A DNA stretch of 64,000 bases from NCBI GenBank assembly GCA_021613535.1, contig CP075493.1, positions 13,082,001 to 13,146,000 of the forward strand, given 5' to 3'. Of this stretch, positions 38,685-50,982 are shown one piece after another. The position numbers were made by a program, and so were the translations under genes. The DNA is from Adineta vaga. Its lineage: Eukaryota > Animalia > Rotifera. A model generated the notes under the pieces. It saw only the letters and a program-made list of their open reading frames with translations, did not search any database and was not told where the DNA came from. The number at the start of each line of letters is the position of its first letter. The first letter of the stretch is position 1.

Positions 38685-40230
38685 TTAGATATGAATACTC
38701 CGATGAAATAGATTCAAACAATGAATTAAACTTCGAACAAGGAACTGAAATAAACGTTGACTGTCAAGAAAGAGTATGAAATAAATCTTACATCAATGAT
38801 TAAATAAATATTGCACGTACCTTAACATTTCATTTGGATAAAAATAATTGCCAATATTGAGTTTAATTTCATTCAATGTATCCTTTTTGATACAATGGAA
38901 GTTAATTGATTTAATCGATTCTAATACTTTCAATGTGTCGAACATATTTTGTATGATGACAGTAATACGTTCAATTAAGTCGGCTCCGCGCCGTTCACAT
39001 GACTCTACAATAAAGTGTAATAATAAAAACTTCGATTAAAAAAATGTTTACCGGCACGCTTATTTTCTGGAACATTAAATAATCCATCATATGGCAGACC
39101 ATTGGAACGCATTTTGTACAAAATTGGTCGAAGATAATTACTGGTATCGTGATCATATTCATAAACACGGTTACCGATCAGCATTCGTGTGATAAACAAA
39201 TATTCCAAACATGGTAACTCTTCATTCAACAATGATTCTTCATGGATAAAATTTTTCTTCCAATAACCCAATATAATATTCTTTCATACAATCCTAATAA
39301 AATCAATTTGTAGTAGAGTATATTAGATAGAAATATCGTACCGTTGGTTTTACTTGAATCGTCAAAATATTCCAATAATGAAGACCATCGATCACCAGTA
39401 GTTGGAATTAACATTGTAAGACTTTTATCACGAATATCTTTAGAATATGTCATGGTAAATTTCTGAAGTTTGTATGCACCATTGAACGCCGTAGTTAAGT
39501 ATGGTTGAGATTCCTTTGCCTTCGGTGTGCTTGGTTCGAAAAAAGAAAAATCAGTCAAAGGGTGATCTTCGTCACTTGAAATAAATTTCTAAGATTTACA
39601 ATCAAAATCAAAATCTATTCAATATATTGCAAAAGTTATACTTACGGATGATAATTCGAGTTCAACAAGCGATTTTGCTGGTGTAAGATTTTCAAGACAA
39701 GTTGAAACAAATTTATCATTCGAATCTGTTAATTGAGATCGGAAATATTCTTCGACAAAATCGAACGCTTTTCTGATCGGTTTGATATAACCGGATTTAT
39801 GTGATACTGAATGAAAGAATAAAAACTTTATATTAATTTAAAATTATAAATAGATTTACCCGAGTCCTCTCGAAGAATTCCATAAAGCTTTAAGATGGTA
39901 TAATCGGATTTTTCCTTATCATGCAATTTTGTTTCACAAGACCTTAAATGATACATGAACCTGATAAAGTTATGTCAATAATAGTGTCAAAACTTACCAG
40001 TGCATGAAGCTAATCAAAACACACCAAAACAATGTTAATTCATTAAGCTTTCGGCTTCTATAATTCTTGAATATAGACACCAAGTATGGATGATCTGGAA
40101 AGAATTCTTCCAGCGTATGTGATGATGTTAGTAATTCACAAAAATCAACATTCGACGCATCAATTGCGTTTAATTCCTTGCATCGATCACCTCGATGAGA
40201 CATGAAAATTTTTTTAGAAATTATTGGCCT
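38685..40230 (-). CDS. Transposon-internal DUF3987/YfjI-like P-loop protein, multi-exon, one apparent frameshift (~39255); 5' end unresolved
   Basis: Spliced order LYGILRED(S)..HKSGYIKPIRKAF (degenerate Walker A), LTPAKSLVEL, FISSDE (Walker B), YLTTAFNG, LTMLIPTT, NGLYERILYW (Arg-finger-like), GADLIERITVIIQ parallels the DUF3987 motif order. Stop TAA 38685-38687. Confidence 0.55.
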
Positions 40231-41512
40231 AAAATAAAGATTTTTAATTTAGTAACGTATACGCTTAAACGAAAAAAAATCCAGCAAGCTGTTCGTGAAG
40301 AGACCTTGGGCAAATAAAACTGACAATCAATGCTTTGACTCTTGCAATCATTTATATAATTTCTTCGATGAAATAGAGAATGCAAACGATCCTTTTCCTT
40401 CCATCGTCTACGCAGAAGACGATTATCATATGTATTCCATACTTTTTCCGATGCGCTTCTTCTTGCAAAGTCAATTCCTTCTTTTTCTGCTATTTCTCAA
40501 TTCACACTAGACGCAAATGCAACTGATTGAATGTGATAGACAGGAATGGAGAAACAACGATAGTTTTTCTTCCTTCTTTTTACATAAGACTCAAGATATT
40601 GTCGGAACTGAAACGATGAGATTGATAAGAATCAATTTTTCATGCATTTGATATTGTTTATCTTTCAAAAAATTCAAGCAAATACTTTAAAATGAATTTG
40701 TCTAACTAACTGCGTATTGTGAGAGATCGAAATATTGAATTTTTGATGAATAAACAAGAGAACTAATAGAAACCGCTCAAATTTTAAGTAGATAAACCAG
40801 ATAAAGTAATGTGATGAATAACAAAAGAAAGCTATTTTACAAATAATAACTCAAGATAAAGTTCTGGCATTGAATCACTTACCTTGAACTAATATTATAC
40901 AGTTAGAAGACACAACTGTATAAAAGTACAGTATGCTATATATATAGTGTATTTCCTATGTCATAATAATCATACAATAGTCATTGTCTTATCGGTCAGT
41001 CATTTGTAATCGTATGCATATTAAACTGACGGTCATTATTGTTCTTTGCTAATATGCTATACATTTGCATATCAGTCAACAATCATGACATCCGTCATGC
41101 TAAGATTTCTCCCTGTACAATTCAGATGTCATCGACTATACGATAAATCAGCAGATTTTAAAACATTGACGTAAAATAATAATTGCACATATAGAGATGT
41201 AATGAAAGAATGTTGAGCATTTTCTTTACGCGCTCTGAATATTCCGAACATATGAACAAATATTTTACAATCGATTATTACATTAACGCGACACTACTAT
41301 CATTATCATGCATTATTTTCCATTATAATGTAACGACCAAATACATGAATATAAACATACTTATATTGAGTTTGAATTTGAAAGTATCATGTGTAATTTC
41401 TTGTATAAAAGGTTTCGAATATGAATGTAAACGGAATTGTGAAGTGAAATAGGTAATATTATTGCATTTGAAGAATATATCATTTATTCCCGAGGCAATT
41501 AAATCATTATAC

Positions 41513-41614
41513 AAAATCAACTCATATTCCTCAGGCTTGGGTACATAGTTGGATATTGGGATTGAGGTGGATTGAGATGGATACACCAAATCAACTCATA
41601 TTCCTCAGGCTTGG
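41513..41614 (-). repeat. Right-end subterminal repeats (2 copies), inverted relative to the 65-bp left-end units
   Basis: AAATCAACTCATATTCCTCAGGCTTGGG at ~41514 and ~41588. Confidence 0.85.
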
Positions 41615-41763
41615 GGATGGCTGTATTTTTGCTGGCATATTGAAGTCATTACCCTTGGATCGAATATGGTGATATGAATACCCATGTTCTTCCGTTGATC
41701 AGTTTCAGGGTATTGTGACGTTTGGCTGTCGATACCCAGTGTAATGATATTATGACATCTGTG

Positions 41764-43662
41764 TTCTATCGAATGAATGGGAAAGAAAAAAAAAAGATTC
41801 CCATCAAATGGGAACAGTTTCGAAAAATATCTCTGTTATTTCATTGACGTCAGATAATATTTAAACGAAAATAACATAATTGAGAAAGAATGATGTGAAA
41901 TGCAAGAAGATAAGACAGATCTAATCCATGTCAGACCTTTAATAGAATGTGATGTATAAAAATCGAATGCATTTTACAAAAGAATATTCATTTTATTATT
42001 CACTTTTAACAAAATCAAAATGTTTATTCGTTTATACTTGATCACGATGGGTATTGCTTTATTTATGGCAACTGATGGTAAACCAATACAAAATCAAAGA
42101 TTGACTCAACGTATCAATACTTTACTTGATTTAATTAAAGTTGAAAAAAGTTTCGAAGAAATTCCAAAAATGATGGTCAATTATTTTCCTTCAATGGCGA
42201 CAGAGAAATCTCTAATATTAACGGCGATTGAAAAGTTTTTCTCATTCAAATCATTACGTCCTCAAATTGTTGAGCTCTATCGTGAAGTTTATACACCATC
42301 GGAAATAAATGCAATGATCAAATTTTATTCAACACCATTAGGAAAATCAGTGGCTGATAAAGACATAAAACTTGAGGAAGGTTTTAATCGTATTTTAGAA
42401 AAACGATTCAAAGAACAGCAGCCACAAATAGAAGCATGGTTCAGTGAACAACGAGATTCGATGGAAACACCAAATATATACGATGAAGATAAAAATTAAT
42501 ACATGGCTCGATTGAAATACTTAAAGCAGATTTTCTCCTCTTCCATTTGATCGAATAATCGAGATTTTTCTTTAAAATTATTGAAATCTTAATCCAATAA
42601 ATTAATCATGAAACATGATAACATCTAAGTTATCTTTTCAAGAAGGAAATTTCATTCTCATTTACATAGACAAAGTTGCATACCTTGAGAACGGCAAAGG
42701 TAGAATATTGTCAGCTATATTTTATTGACGTCATACAGAAATACAATCAATCTTTACTTAACGACACAATGTCTAATCATTTTTATTTAAATTCGTTTTA
42801 ATAACTCTGGATAGAAAAGGGAAATGATTTACTTGGTATGTACATCTTATCTGTTGTACGCATGTTTACAAAGAAAACGCTAATCTCACGCAAAATCTAT
42901 TACATTAACGAACAAATTTTTCTTGTACTAACACAGTTACGCACCTGTGACGAGTTTGAAATTGACTTGCACATGAGAAGAAGGAGGAGTATTCTCATGA
43001 TCTGTTTCGATAATATTTCTTTCAGCAAGATACATAGATGACACCGAGTTGATATGATAGTTTCTGCTTGATTTTCTCATTCATATTTGTTCTCAGCTGT
43101 TAGAGGATGATACACGTCATCCTCTTTAGTTAGTTACATGACTTTTCTTTCGTTCTTCACATATGTTATATATGCTTTTTTTTCTCTGTTCTGCACATAT
43201 CATATGTTCCATGTTGTCTGTTCTCTTCACCTATGCTTCTACATTTCATCATCTTTCGTTACCTCGACATATTCAATCATGTTTCATCATCTCGTTACCT
43301 CGATGTATTCACTTGATTTCATCATTTAGTTGATTGTTCACTGATATCTTCTCGTGATTTCATCATCCACTGCATTGTTCTAGTCTTTCCCTCTTTGTGT
43401 TATCATCGATCCCTCGATCTCTCGCTCATTGTGTTCACTTGCTATAAATACTGCGTGATTTTTAGCAATAAACATTCATTCATTCATCTATCAGTCTCAT
43501 TTGCTCTTCGAGCGACCCGCTCACATCAGCATAAGAGAATGATTCTGATCTTGAGCATAATACATAGCAAAAAAAGAAGACACAGTAAATTGGAAAAGAG
43601 AATAAGATAAAAAAAAGATTTTCTCAAACGATAAATACTCAAACATTTCCCTCGGAATTATA
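41764..43662 (+). repeat. Direct segmental duplication, copy 2
   Basis: Starts TTCTATCGAATGAATGGG and ends GGAATTATA, as copy 1 does. Confidence 0.95.
42020..42499 (+). CDS. Secreted DUF2059-like protein, copy 2
   Basis: 159 aa, 146/159 identical to copy 1. Confidence 0.85.
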   Translation: MFIRLYLITMGIALFMATDGKPIQNQRLTQRINTLLDLIKVEKSFEEIPKMMVNYFPSMATEKSLILTAIEKFFSFKSLRPQIVELYREVYTPSEINAMIKFYSTPLGKSVADKDIKLEEGFNRILEKRFKEQQPQIEAWFSEQRDSMETPNIYDEDKN

Positions 43663-43690
43663 TTCATTTCCCTAACTGAACATATTGATA

Positions 43691-44017
43691 ATGATGAAGT
43701 CAACAAGAGTTTCTTTCTTACTTTTCTGTTTGATTATTGCACAAACTGTTGCACAAAATATACGATCAGTGCAAATGTCTATCATGAACGGATGAAAATT
43801 TGGGTGTGCTAATACTACTTGTTTGCCATTCGTTTATCTTACTACACCAAACATTCGAGATTGTCAAGTGGCTTGTTTATATCAAAGTTATTGTAAAGCA
43901 GTTAGTTTTCATCTATCCAGTTTGAATTGTGTATTGTTCAATGATATCTCAAATGCAAATAGAAATATGTTATTGGGCAACGCTTACTTTCGAAATTTTT
44001 CTCTCTTGATAAAGTGA
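43691..44017 (+). pseudogene. Truncated PAN/Apple-domain gene, paralog of 12832-14045 exon 1
   Basis: MMKSTRVSFLLFCLIIAQTVAQNIRSVQMSIMNG*KFGCANTTCLPF aligns with QDTRSFRMSVENGWKLQCANTTCLPF; TGA at 43793-43795 replaces Trp; no downstream exons seen. Confidence 0.75.
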
Positions 44018-44130
44018 GTCATTCATTAAATGTGAGAGAAAGAAATACCATGGACATCATTGTTATACTTTGTTCTTTTACTGTGTCGCGCATACAGTCG
44101 TTCTCTTTTCATATGAGTGAAGCACAAGTT

Positions 44131-45906
44131 ATGACGAAATTCGATTTATTACCAAACGAAATACTTCTTCAATGCTTTGAATATCTCAATGCACCTGATA
44201 TATTCTTTTGTTTTAATAATTTAAATTGTCGTTTGAATCAACTTATTCGACATATTCCACTCTATCTTAATTTTGAATATTTCGACAAATTAATTTTCAA
44301 TCAATTTTATGAAGATATGCTTACAAATTCAGAAATTGAACGACAAATTGTTTTCTTAGAATTATCTAATAGAAAAATATGGTATCAAATACGTACATTT
44401 TTATCATTATTCCCTCTCGATTGTTTTTCTTATCTTCGAACATTAATCTTAGATAAAATCGATGATACTGATGGAAAAGAAATTTTACGTATATTCAATG
44501 TATCCGATATACCTCATCATTATTTTACGAATTGGTTGGAGGAAACGAATACAATACTAACTACATTACCGATGGATACAATTCAAACATTATCTATATC
44601 AACAATACCTTCTAATTTATCAATCATTCCTCAATTGACTTCTGTTATCAATATAACTATGTCGCATTGTTCTCTCAAGGAATTCTGTCGTTTTTTCATT
44701 CATGTGCCCAAGTTAAAATTTCTCAAAATCAATGTAGTCTTCAACGATAATGATGATTCAATTATTTTAGAACAATTTATGATCAATAAATCTATTAGAT
44801 ATTTACAAAAATTAATAATTAATAGTTTCGAAGGTGAATTCGATGATCTGGAAATTGTACTAAAACATACACCAAACTTGAAGAGTTTAACCATATCAGC
44901 TAGAGATAACATAGATATAATTGATGCTAATCGGTGGCAACAGTTAATTCCATCGTTCGATGTTTTCAAGTTTAAATTTATTATCACATATACAAATGAA
45001 AATGATTATATATTTGAAAAATTTCAAGAATTTCAGACTGAATTTTGGCACACACAACATTATTGGAATATTGTATGGGAATTAAATCAACATCAAGCAT
45101 CGATATATTCAGTACCATATGCTTTTAATAAGTATACATTACCACAGATTCCTCAAAGACAATTAAATTTATCGATTCAAAATTCCAATCTGCACAAGAA
45201 AGTCACGGATTTGACAATATATTTGGAGCAAATCATTGAAAACGATGAATATCAGTTTCCAAATGTCAAATCAATAAAATTCGAAAATTATAGTATGGAT
45301 CAAAATGATGAACCTTCATATTTAGAAGTCAAACATATTGTATATGTGAAAAAGATGATTAATATTGAGAATTTAATTCATTTAGACCTTTCATCTTTAT
45401 ATGGAATTAAATCATCACTTGTTTTATTGCAAATATTCAAAGAAACACCACATTTAATATCGGTAAAATTTCATATAGATATATTGGTAACATTGTTTGA
45501 TAACCGTGACTTGAATAAATATTTCAACAAAATGATCAGAAAGTTGAGTATCATTGGTATACATAATCTGCGATCAATCAAACACAATGAGTTAAAGTGT
45601 ATTTGTCGAGCATTTTCGAATATCGAACAATTTCGGTGTGATGTTGTTGATACGCTTAGTTTATTTAAAATATTAAAAGCATTATCAAAATTATCAAATA
45701 TGGAACTATGTTATTGTACATCATTCTCTCCTCGAAATTGGACTTCTTGGCTGGAAATATATGGAGATAAACTCAATCGATACTCATTTTCCATTAGTTT
45801 TTCCAGTAATTATGACTATAATACTGAAATCGATTATCATGGTTCGTACAATGATACTTCCAACGATGATAATTCGAATATCTTTTTCGATGAAGATGAC
45901 AGTTAA
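44131..45906 (+). CDS. F-box domain protein with LRR-like repeats, intronless
   Basis: FDLLPNEILLQCFEYL...F.NLNCRLNQLI (F-box); PKLKFLKI and PNLKSLTI repeats. Start chosen at MTKF inside ORF 44014-45906. Confidence 0.8.
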   Translation: MTKFDLLPNEILLQCFEYLNAPDIFFCFNNLNCRLNQLIRHIPLYLNFEYFDKLIFNQFYEDMLTNSEIERQIVFLELSNRKIWYQIRTFLSLFPLDCFSYLRTLILDKIDDTDGKEILRIFNVSDIPHHYFTNWLEETNTILTTLPMDTIQTLSISTIPSNLSIIPQLTSVINITMSHCSLKEFCRFFIHVPKLKFLKINVVFNDNDDSIILEQFMINKSIRYLQKLIINSFEGEFDDLEIVLKHTPNLKSLTISARDNIDIIDANRWQQLIPSFDVFKFKFIITYTNENDYIFEKFQEFQTEFWHTQHYWNIVWELNQHQASIYSVPYAFNKYTLPQIPQRQLNLSIQNSNLHKKVTDLTIYLEQIIENDEYQFPNVKSIKFENYSMDQNDEPSYLEVKHIVYVKKMINIENLIHLDLSSLYGIKSSLVLLQIFKETPHLISVKFHIDILVTLFDNRDLNKYFNKMIRKLSIIGIHNLRSIKHNELKCICRAFSNIEQFRCDVVDTLSLFKILKALSKLSNMELCYCTSFSPRNWTSWLEIYGDKLNRYSFSISFSSNYDYNTEIDYHGSYNDTSNDDNSNIFFDEDDS

Positions 45907-47205
45907 GTACGAAAGTATTTTTCACATATACTTTCTCAAATACGATGGATTCTTTGTGTCTTCTACAGCTCATGGTTTGTTTTTTTTTAAATAAAAATAA
46001 ACCATATGAGTGCTTGAAGGACATGTATCGAAGTGTGCTACTGTTCGATTGATTTTTGCCAAAGAATGTACACCAGTCGATATTGCATATATATTGCATG
46101 ATGAAAAGAAAGAAAAAAAAAGAATTATTAACGAACCGTAGAGTTTAATGTCACCATCGTTGAGCGCCATCCGCCTATTTTTAATCTGTTCTGTTCTTTA
46201 ACCAATACAATAAACATCACGCTCGTGGAGACGTGTTGTGTCGTAGTAACGTTCGTATCGAGCAGTCAAAAAAAAGGTAAAATGAATCATTCTTTTGCAG
46301 AGTTAGTTGTCATTTTTATTTTACTGTTACCATTTACTAATTGTAATGATATTCTTACAAATTATTAAAAAATATGATTTTTTTAATATCATAAATAACA
46401 AAATTTCATATTTAGCTTCAATGTTATGGTTAAAACGACATCTTTAACAAATTCTATGTCTTTGACTGGCATTTTAGACGATTCTACACGCTGTGTAAGA
46501 TCGTTTCTTTTAGTGAAAAGAAAAATTTTCATAAAAATAATCAAATGAGATTTTTCTTTCAAACAGAAAGCGTTTTTTTTGCGTTAAGGTGTTCATTGTT
46601 ACGTGTCGAAGTCTTCTTTCCTTCGTTCATGAACATTCAACACACAGTATTTTATATCTGAAAATATTGATTTTCTTGCTATTTTTTTAACTGGAATAAA
46701 GCTCTTCATTTCTATGAATTGTCAATGGATCAAGTTTGCGAAATACTTTCATAATAAACCGTTTCAACAGTCAGAATATCTTGATGAACATTAGCTTCAA
46801 TGAATGTTTAACAAACGGTTATAATCGACTGAAATTACTTTTTTTTCTCCTTCTTTTTGATCTGTGAGTGAGACATTTTTCTGAAGAAGTAGGAACAGAA
46901 CTCACACACGACGTCTCCATTTGAAGTTTCTTTTAAACGACAAATGCTATTTTCATTTTAGATCATTGCTGGGTAGATTCTATTTTAACGTATAAAAACA
47001 GCTGAATATAATCATAAACGTGAGAAATTTATACAATTTAGATGATAAACGCTGAGAACATGGTGCTTATATAATTTCTTGTTATTCGATGGTATATGAA
47101 TGAAACGGCCTCCATTTTGCATTGATTGTGGTAAGAACATTAATGAAATTTGAAGTAAAAATTTAAAAGTGTATTTCTCGATAGATTTGTTTTATTTATT
47201 TGAAA

Positions 47206-49194
47206 ATGTCGATTTCTTTATTATTAATTGGAGCAATCTTATTGTTTCAGTGGAAAGATGTTGAAACACAAAATGGAGCTCTTTGTTATTTATCATATCG
47301 ACCAGCACCCGAGTTACTTGAATTTGCTCAAACATTGGCAGAAGATGCTGTAAAATATGGTGTCGATATATTTATAATGGTCGATGATGATAAGTTTAAT
47401 ATTTCCACCGTAAAAGGTTCATCTAATGTTCGATTAATTCAAATTTCAAGAGAGAAATGTCTTCAACATAATTATCACAAAGCCATTAGTTCAGGAGGTT
47501 AGATATTATCGAGCTTCATTTTTTTCAAAGACAGAAACATTTTCATATTGGTATATTTTGATTTATTGTGATTCGATAGTCTTGAAAATATCATTTACAT
47601 TATACTGAAATAGATTAAGCACTATTAATCTTAATTTATACGTACTGTTTTTTAGGTACATGGCGATATATTACATCTTGGGACAAAGCTCTTCTCTATT
47701 TTTGCGTATTCAATCAAAACTATTCATTTGTATGGTTGTTAGAGGAAGATGTATTCATTCCAAATGTACAAGTATTTCGTGCACTACATGAGTTATATTC
47801 AAATACGACTGATTTAATTGTTCCTCATCATGATCTTAATTTAATAGCTTCTGATGGACTATGGCGATGGGTAATGGCATCAGGAAAATTTCTTCCACCT
47901 TGGGCATGTTCAATGGTCAATGCAGTGGGATTCAGTCAACGAATGCTTAAAGCTATGGATCATTTTGTTCAATGGTTGGGTGAAGTACCATTTCATGAAT
48001 ACTTTTTTAATACACTAGCAGCTCAATTAAACTTTACCATTGTTACGCCAACTGAATTGAATACGATTGAATATGCAAAACCATTTTCTTACACAGATGT
48101 ACGTAAACAACCGAATAATATGTGGCATCCAATTAAAGATTTTCCTGCAGGAAAAGTTTGGAGAAACAGGTTTGTATTCTCAAGTTTAGAAGATTCTACA
48201 AAGAGACTTTTATTTCGTTGGATTTCTATTTAGTTTAGTCAATGAATCTTCAACACATAATTATACTTTTGAATTTGCTGATCTAGAAAAGTTATGTCAA
48301 GAAAGTCAAAGTACAACAAATATTGAACAACATCTCGAGGATATATTTTTTCGATTCGAATTCAATAAAGCGAATTTTTCATTAAATACTCGTCGTTTAT
48401 GGCGTCAACGTTTTTCTGAGCTTGCTCAAGAATGTGAAAAACGAAATGTTTCTCAAACAGTCGTATCATTTTTAATCAAACTTACGGATCATGCCTATAA
48501 ATTGCCTGAACGTATGTAATAAATCAATAAAGAAACTATAATAAAACAAATTTCTTCATTGCAGCACCAGTACCGGAATTAGTGAAAATAAAAAGCGCCG
48601 AACATATCAAATTGGAACGTGAGATAAACGAAACAAAACAAGCTATTTATCAATTCACAACAAATTCATCGGCTCTATGGGATCTACGAGCAAAAGCAAT
48701 TGAATTAATCAAAAAATTAACATGGATAATACGCGAAGAAATCTTCGCGGACGAACGACGCAGTAATACAGATTTTTGTTGAATCGCTCGTTCTAGATTT
48801 TTTCTTTTCAGATAATCGGACAACCACACAATTAATACCAGTAACCGTTTCTTCTTCACGTTCAACGGCTAATACTACTAATGCTACTAGAATTGTTCCT
48901 CTTTTAACAACTAGCACTACTACCACTGTTTCTTTGCTATCTCATTCTTCTGCTACTCAAGTGGCTATTGTCTTACGACAGAAACAATCTAACAAAGCAC
49001 AAGAACAAAAAGATCAACAAATGTTTGGTCGAATTAAAACTAGTACAAAAGTATTTTCAATCTTATGTGTTTTATATATTCTATTTATATATTTCAAGTG
49101 GAAAACTATACAACGTAGAAATTCTTTCAAAATTCTCATGGTTTTATTATTGTCATTTGTTGTTGTCATATTCTGTATTACTACATTGATGTAA
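47206..49194 (+). CDS. Signal-peptide protein with putative GT-A-like glycosyltransferase domain, Thr-rich stalk and two C-terminal TM helices (5 exons)
   Basis: Exons ~47206-47497, 47656-48169, 48233-48511, 48564-48761, 48812-49194. Motifs IMVDD, TSWDKALLYF, VWLLEEDVF (DxD-like), HPIKD. Enzyme function is inferred. Confidence 0.6.
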
Positions 49195-49316
49195 CATTTG
49201 AATTGAGCGTAATGATATTTATACATAGTTTTCTATGAAATAAATAATAAATAAATAAAGCAGATACCTCGATATTTTACTCTCAGTCATCAAGTTGGAT
49301 ATTTCTAATATCATAA

Positions 49317-50982
49317 TTATGAGTGCGGTTCTTCCGGATGAATGTTTTGACTTCGAACTCTCCAGAAACGATGGTATTGAGAACGTAAAATTCGATAGAT
49401 CATTTCAGCAACTTCCATTAACGAAAGAAAACCAATACCAATCCAGAGACCTGTTTGTCCACCAATATTAGAAATAACATCTACTGGACTCATTGTTGCT
49501 TGTTGAGAATAGATCTCTGTTCGACTAGTTTCATAGGCAACTTTTAAAGAAACAAAACTCCATTGAATCTCCGAAGCCCATGTTATCGACTAATTTATAG
49601 GTAATGGAATTTGCGAGGATTCAACGGATGTTTTAATATCATTCATAAGAAATTTAGATAGTGCTAAGAGTGAAGTTGATTTAATAATAAACTCGGAATA
49701 TGTACATTCTTGCGTACAATCAGGACAATAAGTGGTCCAAATACTTCGTGTGTTCATAATTTCTGATGCTGCATCAATATAGCATGAATTTTTCAAATCG
49801 CATAGTTGTATATTAATTCTTTGATTAGTATTAGGAATTACAATTGAACGTGTAGTCCAACGAAAAGGTTGTCCACAACCAAATTTTTCGTAACTGAAAT
49901 AAAGATTATCGATACGAAATTATAATAGATGTTATATACTTACGTATATGCTTGTATACAAGCAGTAAAACATGGAAGTTGTGTATATCCATAATCAGTA
50001 TCATGATATTCATTAAACATGGCTTGCATTCCAAGATTAAGTTTATCATTGCATGGTGTATAGGGTGATGATAGAAATAAACTAGTTTTCTTTGCATATC
50101 GTAATCTATGATGTCGTTCAGGTCCGAGTTGCATTGTATTCAATTCGATTTCAGATATCTGCTTATTATCATGGACTAATACTACTAAACCAATACCTAT
50201 GTATGAAAAGAAAAACACAATATTCTACAATAAAATCTGATTATGATGTTTACCATTTGACAAGTATGGTACATATTGATGCTGATGGACATAGAAACGT
50301 AATTCAAGAAGACCATTAGCTCCATTATCAGCATTATACTTTAAACCATCTTGACCAGTTGTTTTCAATAGTGCATTAAATGTATAACAGAGACCATAGA
50401 GTGATGATATAAACCAAGTAAAATTAGCTGTTGTACATGGCATATTATTGTAAATACAGGACATCATCATGGAATCAAGTGAATGGAAAAAATCATTTAA
50501 AGATTCGTTTTGATTAAGTTTATAAAGTAGAAAATCTCGAATATAGAAAGAATGTTCCATAGTAAAATTAGTTTTATTTGTTGTATTGGTTAAATTCAAT
50601 GTATTTGTGTAGTTTAAAAAAGGATCAATAAATCGATCATATCGTAATGGAGAATAATTACAAACAGTTACGGCAGGGAAAGCTTGAGGCCATTCGACAA
50701 TAATTGATACAGACGTTTGTGTTGGATATTGAAAATAGGCAATAATCGCTTCAGTAACAAAGTAAGTCATTATACCAGAGAAAATTACTAATGCTACCGT
50801 CCAAAATATACGATTATAGACATACTTTCACTACGTGCAATGCCGGGTATACCATGTGTTGATGTATTTAAACCGAATTCTTTGATAATTGAACCAATTC
50901 GTCGATGGTTTCGATTTGATCTTAATAGTTCTGGATCTGTTGACCAGGCAGTTCTTATAGGATGACTGGTATCGTTGTTCAT
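49317..50982 (-). pseudogene. DEG/ENaC (amiloride-sensitive) sodium channel, disrupted
   Basis: TSTHGIPGI, FPAVTVCN, YGLCYTFN, CPDCTQEC, VISNIGGQTGLWIGIGFLSLMEV. Frameshift near 50818 and in-frame TAG at 49590-49592. Confidence 0.85.

Larger units (their letters stand above)
32508..41763 (-). mobile_element. ~9.25-kb KDZ (Kyakuja-Dileera-Zisupton)-type DNA transposon, partly degenerate
   Basis: Occupies the unique segment between the duplicated copies. Imperfect TIR GTCATAATCCCATTACCCGCGGTATC (32519-32544) versus GTCATAATATCATTACACTGGGTATC (reverse complement of 41731-41756), 21/26. Exact 33-bp inverted subterminal match 32751-32783 / 41574-41606. Internal transposase gene. Confidence 0.85.

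Noticed and set aside
30572-43662. LTR retrotransposon with 1.9-kb LTRs
   Set aside because: No gag, RT or integrase motifs, no TG...CA ends, PBS or PPT. The repeats contain a host-type gene and the interior has its own TIRs.
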